A DNA stretch of 64,000 bases from Antedon mediterranea (lineage: Eukaryota > Animalia > Echinodermata), in contig NC_092670.1 of assembly GCF_964355755.1 (NCBI RefSeq), positions 37,250,388 through 37,314,387 on the forward strand, read 5' to 3'. Within the stretch, counting starts at the first letter, position 1. Every line of letters starts with the position of its first letter. Both the position numbers and the translations under genes were made by a program. Below the pieces are notes generated by a model, which saw only the letters and a list, made by a program, of their open reading frames with translations, had not been told where the DNA came from and made no database searches. Of the stretch, positions 40,347-51,683 are shown one piece after another.

Positions 40347-42596
40347 ATGCCACGATCACATCATAGATGCGATAGACGCCATTCGCCCAGTAGACACTCT
40401 AGTCATCATCGGTATAAAAAACGCAAAAGGTCTTCGAGTAGAGATCATGGTTATGATGATTTTTCCGGCTACCGTTACAGATCTAGAAGGTATTATTTCT
40501 TGGATCATTCATTGACCAATCAAAAAAATATACTAACAAATACTAATATGCCCATATATAGAAGTAATATGCCCAAATATAGAAGTTATGACATCATGTC
40601 CATATATGGGCATATCACCTTTTTTGTCGCATAAAGTTTGATAGTGTACTAGACAGAGCTTTAGTACAATGAGCTCCCAACAGCTCATTCCCTTATATTA
40701 AGAATGAATACCCTTACCTTTACAGTACCTTAAACTACTTTTTATTTAAAATTTCAGTCAAGATTATCGACGAGAGCATACATATTCCTCAGAACGTGTC
40801 GACAAGTACCATTGCAGAGGTGCAATGAGGTTTGATTCACCGGTTCACAAAGATCACTATTACCCCCAACACATGCGTGAAGACAGCCGGCGGCATCACA
40901 AAAAACGTACTGCCCATCGTTACGCTGATCGGCGTAGTAGGACATCATCGGTGAGTATTTCTAAAGCATTTTTGTCACTTTACTTCATTTAGAACACCAT
41001 GATGTAAATTTTAGCTATTCATTTTGATTTTAAATTGCAGAACAAAATTTGGCAAGTTAAAATGACAAACCTAATAAAATAACTTTTTGTTTTGTGGTAT
41101 TTACGTTTTAAAAACAAATTATACAGAGTGTACTGACTATAGATTCATACATGATCAAATGGCCTTTTTATTTTTTACCCAAGAATGAGAAATCCTTATT
41201 AAACAAATACTTCATCATAAACCTTACTTGCCAAATCAATAAATTAGTTGACTGCTATTTGAAATCAAAGAATCTCATTAGAAGAGCCAGGTTTAAACTT
41301 AAAAAGCCACGCTTAGTTCCTTTGTGATGCTCTGGCATTGTGCATTTTTCACATAGTTTATCCTTTTTACATAGATTTACCAAGTAAAACGTAATATTTT
41401 TTGTGAAAATTAAATGTTATTTTTAAGTTGTTTATTTTTGTTGCGAGTTGTGATGTAGAATATTTGTGTGTTTGCACAGGATTTAAAAATTCTCATAAAA
41501 ATTATTTACTTAAAATCTGGAGAGAAAAAAACCCATTTAAAATCATTATTGGAGATTATTATTAAAAATACATAATTTAATGCACTAATAGTTGTTCTAT
41601 ACTAATAACATTGCAATATTTTTAATGTAAATAATTGCATAAATTTAAATTGTTGATAAAACTTTGTTTGTGAACATTTTCCAAACAAATTTTGAGGTAA
41701 GTAGTGGGGAGTTGTTGATCCAATAAGGGTAACAATCTTTCGTAACATGCATGAAAATTTGTACCATAGTTTTTGAGTGTGAGATTGTTGTTGAGAAGTA
41801 GAATGGTTTTCCCTTGTAAATTACCATGTATTTTGTAAGGAAGTGTTTGTCAATGATATTTCATTGCCGTTTGATCCTTCTGCTATTATGTGGGATTCCG
41901 TGTCTTGGCTTGATATCCGTACCTCGTCATCCGCTGTGTGAAAACTACTGATACCAAATGTACCGCAACACCGCAACGTCATCCTTATCATCGCTGATCA
42001 TCGTGCTGTTACCAAACCAACCTGACTGTCGATGCGAATCCTGTTGTGCTGCTCGCAACGAATTGAACAATCGTAGAGGAGTTGTAAAGACGAAAAACGC
42101 AGTACTGTCGTGCTCGACGATGAAGACGGGCACCTGATCTACAGACCGGGAGACTGGTTACAAGCAAGATGTACATACAAATATTCCGTAACGTTTTACC
42201 ATTTAGGAATGTCGACTATTGCCCACATATTTTCAAACACAAACCAAAAAAATCATAAATACAGCCTTCTGTTTCAATTAAAGTAGTTACAGATATTGTT
42301 TATATTCTTTGCAATGTTTCCTAGTACATACAGTTATACTATATAGTATACTTCATATAGTACTTAAACAATTCCATATGTCCCCGTCTGATTTCTCAGA
42401 TATATTTAACAAATTATACAATAGTAAGATTCCACCCTGCCTAGAATTAGTCGGCAGTTAATCCTTTGTAGATTTTTATTGTTTTGATATTTTATTTATA
42501 TTTTTTAACCACGCTTTGCGCTTAATAGAAATTGAGTGTTATGAGAATTTTCCCGATTATCTTTCAATGCGGGAGTACAGTATGCTGAGTTTGCAT

Positions 42597-42630
<34 letters not shown>

Positions 42631-45600
42631 AAGTGCCACATCCCATTCCTCTCCCCTAACAACCCGGTACTTTGCGGCAGATCCTGTAGTCAGTCTCCCC
42701 TTGTTTTCAATAATGATTACAAAGGGTGCTCACGCTCGTATGTATAATTTGTTTGCAGATGAAGTAAAAAGTACTTTAGGTGAAGGAACGTTTGGGAAAG
42801 TTGTAGAATGCAAAGACACTCAAAGGTACGATAATGAGTCTTAACTTAAGCTCTGTCTACACTATCAAACAAAGCGTGATGTGCCCAAATATGGTGGTAG
42901 TGATATGACATCATGTCCATATGTGCACATCACATTTTTTGTCACATAAAGTTTGATAGTGTAGACAGAGCTTTATATGAATATACACTTACTTTTACAT
43001 GTAAAATTTCACTACCCTACATATGCCCAAAGCTAACCAGATAACAGTCAAGTATTCCTTGATTTAAATATATTGAATTACTGATTAGATCAAACTTAAA
43101 TTGACATTAGATACTTATATTATCAGTTAAAAATTTAAATGATGCCAAAATCCTATACTACTGTAGTCATATTACTAGTTTCAGTAACTGAAAATTGTAC
43201 AGTATGTCTTTCTCTATCTAGCATCAATTATGATAGCAGGCACTTTAAGATGTACAGTATTGTCTCCCACATGCATGAAAAATAAAGATTAATAAAATCA
43301 GACTTTGAATAGATTATTTTGTAGCTTTAATAAAATTAATTATTTCTGTAGAAAAGAAAACTGGAAAAAATTATTGTTTTTACTTATAAAATTACAAAAT
43401 AAATGGTTAAATTCAACCAAAAACTCATTGGCTGGCAGCCAATTTGACTATTTTTTGCTTTAAATTACATTTTTTTAGGTAAATACTTTTTTTTTTCGAT
43501 GCAATTTTTGGTCAAAGTGGATAACTATTTGGTGACATTAAAATGATAGCAATGCCATTTTAATGGCCGCATATTTAACAATAAATGTTATAAGAATTAA
43601 TTTTTCAGGGGACAATACATCTTTAATTCAGAAAGTCAATTCTCATTAAAAAAATTATCTGATTGTGTTTAGAGGGGAGAGAATAGCTTTGAAGATAATT
43701 AAGAACATTGACAAATACAGAGAAGCAGCCAAGTTGGAGATCAATGTACTAGAAAAATTAAATGAAAGAGATCCAGCTGGCAAACAGTAAGTCACTTATT
43801 TTATGAAGATAATATTCCACTCTAAATTATTTTTAATATTGTATGATTATATACAGTAATGTGCAGTACTAGTTATGGCCAGATTGCATGTTATGTTTTA
43901 ATACAGACTCGTAAACATATTAAAAAAACACCAATATATAAAATACATAAAAAGATGAAGAAAAAAAATGTTTTGGCATTTTTATTTAGTAGCTATTGAA
44001 AAACAACAGTTTTTTTTATTGGTACATTAATTTAAATTAACAATCTACTTTAATACAACTTGTATATATATCTATACAAATAAAGGATGTTCCAAAAGTA
44101 TAGGTTATTATTTCGTCAATTTATACTACAGTATAGTGATTCTTCCAGTTGCTTCCATACTGTTTAAAGTAGTACACACATTTTAATATTAATACTGGTA
44201 ATAATGGTATCTCTTACAACAGCATATGGTAAAATAATTTGATACTAACACTGCAATTTATCTTGTTTGTTGTATTACTACAAGATCGTGAGAGCAAGTT
44301 GATTTTTAATGTAATTCTCATTTGAAATCATATGACTTCTACTTGACCACAGCTGTTTTTTATTAACTTACTGTTATTGTTACTATTGTATAATTGATAT
44401 TATTGCCATCAATGTTCAGAAATTTCAATTTAATATTGGTACAAAAATAACAAAACTCATCACCACTACCCTATATGTATTCATTTATTACTACAGTGAG
44501 TACATATCATTTACAGTAGGCTGCGTCTGTCATTAGCATGTATGGAAAGAATAAATCTTTTAATAGTGTTTAAAGGCAAGCTTTCATTAGACTAATAAAG
44601 TTCCATTTTGCCTGCATTTCCAATTCGTATGCAGTTGGCATTTACTGTACATTGAATAAATTCAGAATTAATGCTACAGGTACTAAAAGTAAATGACGCC
44701 TAGATAGCTAATCATTCATTTCTAAGGATTTGTATGTTTATTCCCAATGTTTTAAAAAATGAAGTAAGAACACCACAATAACCAGAGTTGTTTTTGCAAA
44801 AGAAAAAAAAATCACACACATTGAAATATAATTTTAAGTTTATTTTGTTGCGTCCCAAGTAAAATGGGCTTCATAGTAATTAATGAAAACATTTCTTCTG
44901 GTTTCGATTCGTATAATAATATAAGTAGTTCTTTGATAGTAAACCAAAAAACATTGGTTCATAGTAATTATTGTTAATCTACTATTAAACAATTGTCTTG
45001 ATTTAATTAGTTTACTCAGCTGCTTACTCCAACGGATATGACTTGCACATACACATCCAAAGCTCTGTCTACATTATCAAACTTGTTTGACAAAAAAAGT
45101 GTGATGTACCAAACTATGGTAGTGATATGCTTAAATATGGTAGTGATATGCCCAAATATAGTAGTGATATGCCCAAATATAGTAGTGATATGCCCAAATA
45201 TAGTAGTGCTATGACATCATCATGTCCATATATGGGCACATCATATTTTAAAGTTTGATAGTGTAGACATTTTTTCATTAGTCTTAAGCAGAATGTACTA
45301 TTAATTCTATGTAATCCTGAATTGCCTTTTCTGTACCCTCATTAATTATGAATCACTGACTGTGGTATGCAATCGAGTCACTTGAGTGTAAGCAATGACC
45401 TGCTTCATTATGGATGCTAACAAGTGCTAACCTGACAGTTTGTGTTCTCTTCTTCTAGCCTATGTGTGAAGATGATTGATTGGTTTGACTATCATGGCCA
45501 TATGTGCCTTGCATTTGAAATGCTTGGAAAAAGTATATTTGATTTTCTGGTAAGTCATACATTGTATAATCAATTCATTTTGTTTTCATTCTGTGAAATA

Positions 45601-48600
45601 GACTCTCCTAATACCAGAATAGTTACTGTATATGACAGCATGGGCCAGTCCATGTGTTTCTTGTGCCTGAATATGACAGGGGTGGGCCAGTCCATGTGTT
45701 TCTTGTGCCTGCATATGACAGGGGTGGGCCAGTCCATGGGTTTCTTGTGCCTGTATATGACAGGGGTGGGCCAGTCCATGTGTTTCTTGTGCCTGAATAT
45801 GACAGGGGTGGACCAGTCCATGTTGTTCTTGTGCCTGCATATGACAGGGGTGGGCCAGTCCATGTGTTTCTTGTGCCTGCATATAACGGCGTGGGCCAGT
45901 TCATGTGTTTCTTGTGCCTGCATATTACAGGGGTGGGCCAGTCCATGGGTTTCTTGTGCCTGCATATAACGGCGTGGGCCAGTCCATGGGTTTCTTGTGC
46001 CTGCATATGACAGGGGTGGGTCAGTCCATGGGTTTCTTGTGCCTGCATATAACGGCGTAGGCCAGTCCTTGGTTTTCTTCTGCCTGCATATGACTGTGTG
46101 GCGCCGTAGCTTCTTATGTGACTGTATACAAAAATAGCTTTTATATTTGCACCTTAATAAAAAGTAATACACTATAGTACAATCATTTTGGCTTTTGTCT
46201 CTTGTGTGTTATGTTTATATCTTTGATATACATACTACTTATGTATCTTCATATATTATTCAAAAGGTTGAAATTTAATGTTTTTTAATTGACTTCACAG
46301 AAAGATAATAATTATTCGCCTTATCCAATGGACCAAATATGCCATATATCCTATCAACTATCCTATGCAGTGAAATGTAAGTTGTTTTTTTTTTGTTTTT
46401 TAAATTACAGTATCTTAGCATTCCCTCAGGGAATTGAAAAAAGCAACATATACAGTAGAGCCATTAAAGAGAGAGACATTAGGCTGATGAATACGTTTGC
46501 TTAATTAAACATCGTACAAATAAGTTGCTTATGGCGTGAATTTGTCTTATAAAGTTGTCTTTCGATAACTTAGGTGTATTTTACATTTTTATATCTGTTT
46601 GTGTCTATTTACCTACCTGTTAAGACATGTCTACAATCCAATTAAATTCACAATATGGACACACCTCAAAATGGTACATATACAAATCTCCCAGGCATGA
46701 CATCGTCCTCATACATTTTAATATCTGTTCGGTTTCAGTGAATTATAGATCAGAATATTTATTTTTATTGCTCTATATTTTCACAGTACAGTTGGCCAAC
46801 AAAATTTAATGATGCATGAATATATCTTGAAACAGTTACTTCCTGTTTCCGTGTTTATTAGCTAACCAATAAGTGACTTTTTTAAAAGTGATGATTTGTA
46901 TTTGTAGATACAGTAGAACATTGGGACTTCCCTACTAAGTGTAAAACTAAAGCTGTAGATTCATTTTAGCAGTAAATCGCAAATAACAGGCTAGATATCA
47001 AATGCCATTTTGGAGATAAATGAAGAAGAAGCATTAAAGCAAATATAACAATTAACATAGACTAGTTAAGTTTCTTATCAAAAGACAGCAATGAATCTTA
47101 AGCTCTGTCTACACTCCCAAACTAGTTTGACAAAAAAGTGTGATGTGCCCAAATATGGTAGTGATATGCTTAAATATGGTAGGGTATGACATTATCATGT
47201 CCATATATGTGCAATCACATTATTTTGTCACATAAAGTTTGATAGTGTTAGTTAAAGCATCTCATAGCCTATTTCACCCACTGCTGTGTGAAGGCCTCCT
47301 CCAGTTCTGTTTCTTGCCAATCTTTCCCAAGTTGCCATTCCCATGTACGTTGTTATGTCGTCACGCCATCTTTTTTTTTTGCCGTCCTCTTCTTCTTCTC
47401 CCTGTCCTCGGCTACCATTCATTCAATCTCTTCGTCCATCTGTTGTCTCTTCTGGCTATGTGTCCTGCCCATGTCCATTTCAATTCTTTGATCTTTACCA
47501 TGATGTCTTTGACTTTTGTTCTTTTCCGTATCTCACTATGCTTTACTCTGTCTCGTATTGATAGATTTACCATTTTTCTTTCCATCTCTTTCGTTGTTGC
47601 CCATGTCATCATGATCATTTAATGCTCCCCGTCTTCCATAGCAAATTGGTATCTGTTTTCATGTTGGTTAGCTCTGACGTCAAACTCATCTGGTATAATT
47701 TCTTATTTTATTTTTTCAGTTATGCATGATATGAAATTAACTCATACTGACTTGAAGCCTGAAAATGTTTTATTTGTGAATTCGGATTACAGGATGAACA
47801 GACTAAAGGTAAGAATTTGTCCTTCTTTGCGTGTCATATAATGTATATTTCTTGGTATTGTTTATTTCAGTTAAGCTCTGTCTACACTATCAAACTTTAT
47901 GTGACAAAAAAATGTCATGTGCCCATACATGAACATGATGACCTATTTGGGCCTAGGTAATGCTAGCATATTTGGGCACATCACATTTTGTTTGGCAAAC
48001 TAGTTTGATAGTGAAGACAGAGCTTTTGTTATTTTTTCAACATTTGTTTTTTCAATTGAACAGTATTCAGAGGACAAGGTGGTAAAGATGGCAGATATTA
48101 AGCTAATTGATTTTGGTTCAGCGACCTTTGACCATGAACATCACAGTAGCATTGTATCAACCAGACATTACAGGGCATTGGAAGTTATACTTGGTAAGCC
48201 TTTTTTTTTTAATTATCAAACAAACCCAAGCAAAGTAACATCATTGGTCAATGTTATTTGATACCTTGTTAATTTGATTAATATAATCTTTTTTGATCAG
48301 TATATCATGGACTCTTCTAATTAGCAAATTCAAAGTGTCCCAAATCCCAAATTACATGTAAAATGCATTCTGGAAGACCTAACTGGAAACATTTTAGATC
48401 TACTCTATGGTGCTTTGTTTTTAGTTGTTGGACGCTATAGTGAATAGATAGACAGGCCACCTAAACAATGTCTTCCACCAACAAATGCACGCCCAATGGA
48501 CACCCATCCTCCATTGTGTGCATTTTGTCCTTTAAATTAAATTAATATATTTTTTTACTTTTCAGAGCTTGGTTGGGCGCAGCCATGTGATGTATGGAGT

Positions 48601-49226
48601 ATCGGCTGTATCATGTTTGAGCTGTATACAGGTTTTACTCTCTTCCAGGTATTTAAAAAATTCCTATTTCCAGTGTCCAGTGTTGAAGTGCTTATAAAAA
48701 CGTTTTAATTATGCCATTTTTCTAAAAAAAAATTTCAGACGCACGATAATAGGGAACATCTATCTATGATGGAAGTGATTCTTGGGCCAATGCCTGCATG
48801 GATGATAAAGAAAACAAGGTAAAAATAACTTAAATGTATGCTAAGCATCACAGAATAGAGCTTGCTTCTCGCGCTATAATTGGTGATTAAATTAAGCATA
48901 AATTAGGAAGAAGCCAATCTGGAATAACTAATATTTTTCTTGTTTTTAGAAAAACTAAGTATTTCTACCATGGAAGAGTGGACTGGGATGAGAATAGTTC
49001 TTCAGGACGTTACGTAAAGGACAACTGTAAACCGCTGAACCGTTACAGAACACAAGATGACGTCGACCACATCAACTTCTTTGACCTGCTGGAAAAAATG
49101 TTAACGTACGACCCCGAGAAAAGAATCACTCTGGATGAGGCGATCCGACATCCTTACTTTGAGGCTTTACCCCCATGTCAGCGTCTACACTCCAACAACC
49201 GAGACACACATAGCTTGAGTAGGTGA
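40347..49226 (+). CDS. CLK2: Dual-specificity CDC-like (LAMMER) kinase, CLK2/Doa-like, 478 aa
   Basis: 12 coding exons: 40347-40489, 40758-40950, 42077-42170, 42759-42825, 43673-43786, 45459-45549, 46301-46376, 47720-47808, 48064-48193, 48566-48648, 48739-48818, 48950-49226. RS-rich N-terminus, [65 protein letters not shown]. Confidence 0.96.
40545..40660. mobile_element. AGCTCTGTCTACAC MITE copy (left end missing)
   Basis: Internal 21-bp repeats and right TIR. Confidence 0.75.
42598..42628. repeat. (GT)n microsatellite
   Basis: About 15 GT units. Confidence 0.95.
42849..42972. mobile_element. Full MITE copy with TTA TSD
   Basis: TTA-AGCTCTGTCTACACTATCAAAC...GTTTGATAGTGTAGACAGAGCT-TTA. Confidence 0.9.
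45061..45268. mobile_element. AGCTCTGTCTACAC MITE copy with expanded 21-bp internal repeats
   Basis: Left TIR, about 5 CCCAAATAT[A/G]GTAGTGATATG-like units, partial right TIR. Confidence 0.85.
45630..46095. repeat. 42-bp intronic minisatellite (ATATGACAGGGGTGGGCCAGTCCATGTGTTTCTTGTGCCTGC), about 11 copies
   Basis: Direct inspection; generates several overlapping spurious ORFs with 14-aa periodicity. Confidence 0.95.
47101..47248. mobile_element. AGCTCTGTCTACAC MITE copy, right TIR cut next to a LINE fragment
   Basis: TTA-AGCTCTG...GTTTGATAGTGT, then LINE sequence. Confidence 0.8.
47258..47618 (-). mobile_element. 5'-truncated RTE-clade non-LTR retrotransposon remnant
   Basis: Translation [70 protein letters not shown] is a typical RTE ORF C-terminus; internal stop. 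Confidence 0.85.
47874..48024. mobile_element. AGCTCTGTCTACAC MITE copy
   Basis: Both TIRs; TTA on the left flank. Confidence 0.85.
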
Positions 49227-49400
49227 CTAGAGGAGAACCATTCGGAGAACATACCCGGATGGAATACGCAAGCGGCTAGGTGACAACTACAGAATGCTTA
49301 CAAACAGCTTGTGAAAGCGGCAGACACGACGCCAGATATTGACGACACTATGCATTGTTTATTAGCTTTAGCTATTGCCAAAGTAACAAATAAAACATAG
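49224..49400 (+). other. Candidate stop-codon readthrough extension of CLK (UGA-CUAG, +18 aa; UGA-CAA-CUA, +38 aa; final UAG)
   Basis: In frame: TGA 49224-26, CTAG, open to TGA 49281-83, CAACTA, open to TAG 49398-400; 8-bp hairpin 49238-49262. Confidence 0.6.
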
Positions 49401-50907
49401 GTTTCCATTTGTCATGTCGGCCATTTTTGTGAGATTTTAAAGTACTTTTGCAGTTATCTTCCGAATAATTAATTATTATCTTACCAGCAAAATTATTTAT
49501 AAATGAAGAAAAAATTAATAAAATATAGACGTTTTAACAAACATCTGGTAAAATTGTATTTATTTTGCATTGCATGTACTATACAGTACAACAAGCAATG
49601 AAATAAAAATGGTACTTATTCTAAAATTATAAATTAAATAGTTCACAACAATCGTCGTTATCTAGTGTATTGTGCTTTAAATTGAATGCGTCGAACCACA
49701 TTCTCATTTATAGTAAAATAACAACAGTGTTTTACTACTAAATGTCGGGTTTATATTACCTTCGCCGTTAGCGTATTCTGTTTTCTCAACGCGAAAATTA
49801 AAAGCGTAAAAACATGTTAAATATGTAATTTTTGTAGAAAAGATTTTAACTAATTTTGTCTAACTAACACGGATTCTTACTCATGGTACAGTGGTATAAG
49901 ATTTCAGGTACAAACCGGTGCAATGTTATAAATAATTTGCACAAATATTAATTGGTGCCCCACCTCCTCCTTCTCGTATTGATCGAAATGTTTTTTTAAT
50001 AACACCACTGTATTAATAAAAGGAATGTTTCTTTTTTGAACACAATAAATTAATTCCATTCACTGGAATTCAAATAAGAATTTTTTTCTTTCTTTGTGTT
50101 GTGTAACTAGTTTTTCAGTTCACTTTTTTCATGTTTGTTTGTATCGTCCTAATTTTTTTACCATGAAAACATTTTTGTCTAAAGCGAAGAAAAAAGAAAT
50201 TTAAGTTAATTGTTTAAGAAAAAAATTCTAGTAAAATGAGAGATTCTTTTTCAGGAAAGTGGTCTAGAAAGGTAAAGTAAATGCCTAAAAACCGCTACAA
50301 AACTTTATATGCTTTATCTTTCTTTTTTATAAAAAAATACAAGCTCAAGTAGTATACATATGAAACGCCATATGTGCCACAATATTTATCTTTTTACTGA
50401 TATCAAAACTCAGTCTGGATCCCAGTCTAGCATGGCTTACACTGCTCTGTAATAGCTCGTAAGAATAAAATGTGATCATCATGATTAAAACATTTTCTGG
50501 AAGCTATTGGATTGTAGATACAAATTCATGTGAACATATTGCCAATCGGATGATGTGACGTCATATGGCCACTTGACTTTAAAAAGTCGTATTTTTATCT
50601 TTTGCGTCATAGTTCATTTACATTTAAAAGATCGTGCATTGATATTTCACGTATTCAAATTTCTTCTACACGTTAATGTTTTTTTGCTGAGATAATTTCC
50701 TTCCGAAATTGCTACCTTTGCTTTTCATTTTGAAACAGTTGACGTGTTAAAAATTGGAATAAATAGCGAGTCCCATAATTTCACCTATTCTATACTGTAT
50801 GTGATATGTATACAGATTATTCTATTTCACCTACCCTTGAACATTAAACACACATCATTATTGAGTCACTTTAAGTCACTACTCAAAACTCGCCTTTTCT
50901 GATTTTG

Positions 50908-50966
50908 TCTACAGCGCCATGAGCAATGAATGTTGGAATGGCGCTATATAAATCGAACGATTGATT
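50908..50966 (+). mobile_element. Possible 3' end remnant of an L2/CR1-type LINE or SINE
   Basis: AGCGCCAT..ATGGCGCT stem followed by ATATAAAT and a short GATT repeat. Confidence 0.4.
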
Positions 50967-51683
50967 GTGTATACAGTACTATATGACGCATTAAAACATA
51001 TCATATTCTTCAGTTCAGGTCATAATGCCATAATCTTTTTCTGTGTGCAATATTCCAACGTATGACGTGCACGTGGCGTTTGTCGTGCGGATAACTAACT
51101 CGTCTAAGTGACGAGTTTCATGTCTAGTTATATGCTGTGTTTGTATTTCATTATTGAAAAGTACAAGTTGATAATGAAGGCACTCATAACCATGTTTATA
51201 GCCAAAGAATTTTATTACAGTATATAAATATTTTTTTGTAAAAAGGTGTCAACAATTGAGCACACATAACTTGTTTTAAGTAAACTATTGCACAATTTCA
51301 ATTTGTTTTCAATTTGAAACTGTCTTATTGGTAGTTTGTTTCTAATGACTAATACTCATATATATATATTGTACTGTATGTACTTCTAATGACACTTGTA
51401 CCCTTTTCACACTGCATAAATTGTAACATATTTTGATGTCTTCAATTAAATTTTCATACATGCAAAATTTAATTCTTATTTGCATAATGTACAATGTTTT
51501 TCTTTGAATTCTCTGGAGATTTCCACAAAATTTCCATCACACTGCGCAACTTTGATAACTTGTTGCAGATGTAAAAAGGGTATTGGATTTAACAGACATT
51601 CTCCCTATGCTCAGCAGCTACACCACCTGTACCAGCCACCTGGTTTTTACACCTCATAATTGTTCACTACATTTCAAATGTCA

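Noticed and set aside
45570-46172. Several long overlapping ORFs (98-200 aa) on both strands
   Set aside because: Artefacts of a 42-bp minisatellite inside a CLK intron
49224-49283. In-frame UGA codons as selenocysteine
   Set aside because: No convincing SECIS seen by eye, CLKs are not known selenoproteins, and the contexts match leaky-stop motifs; a SECISearch run would settle it
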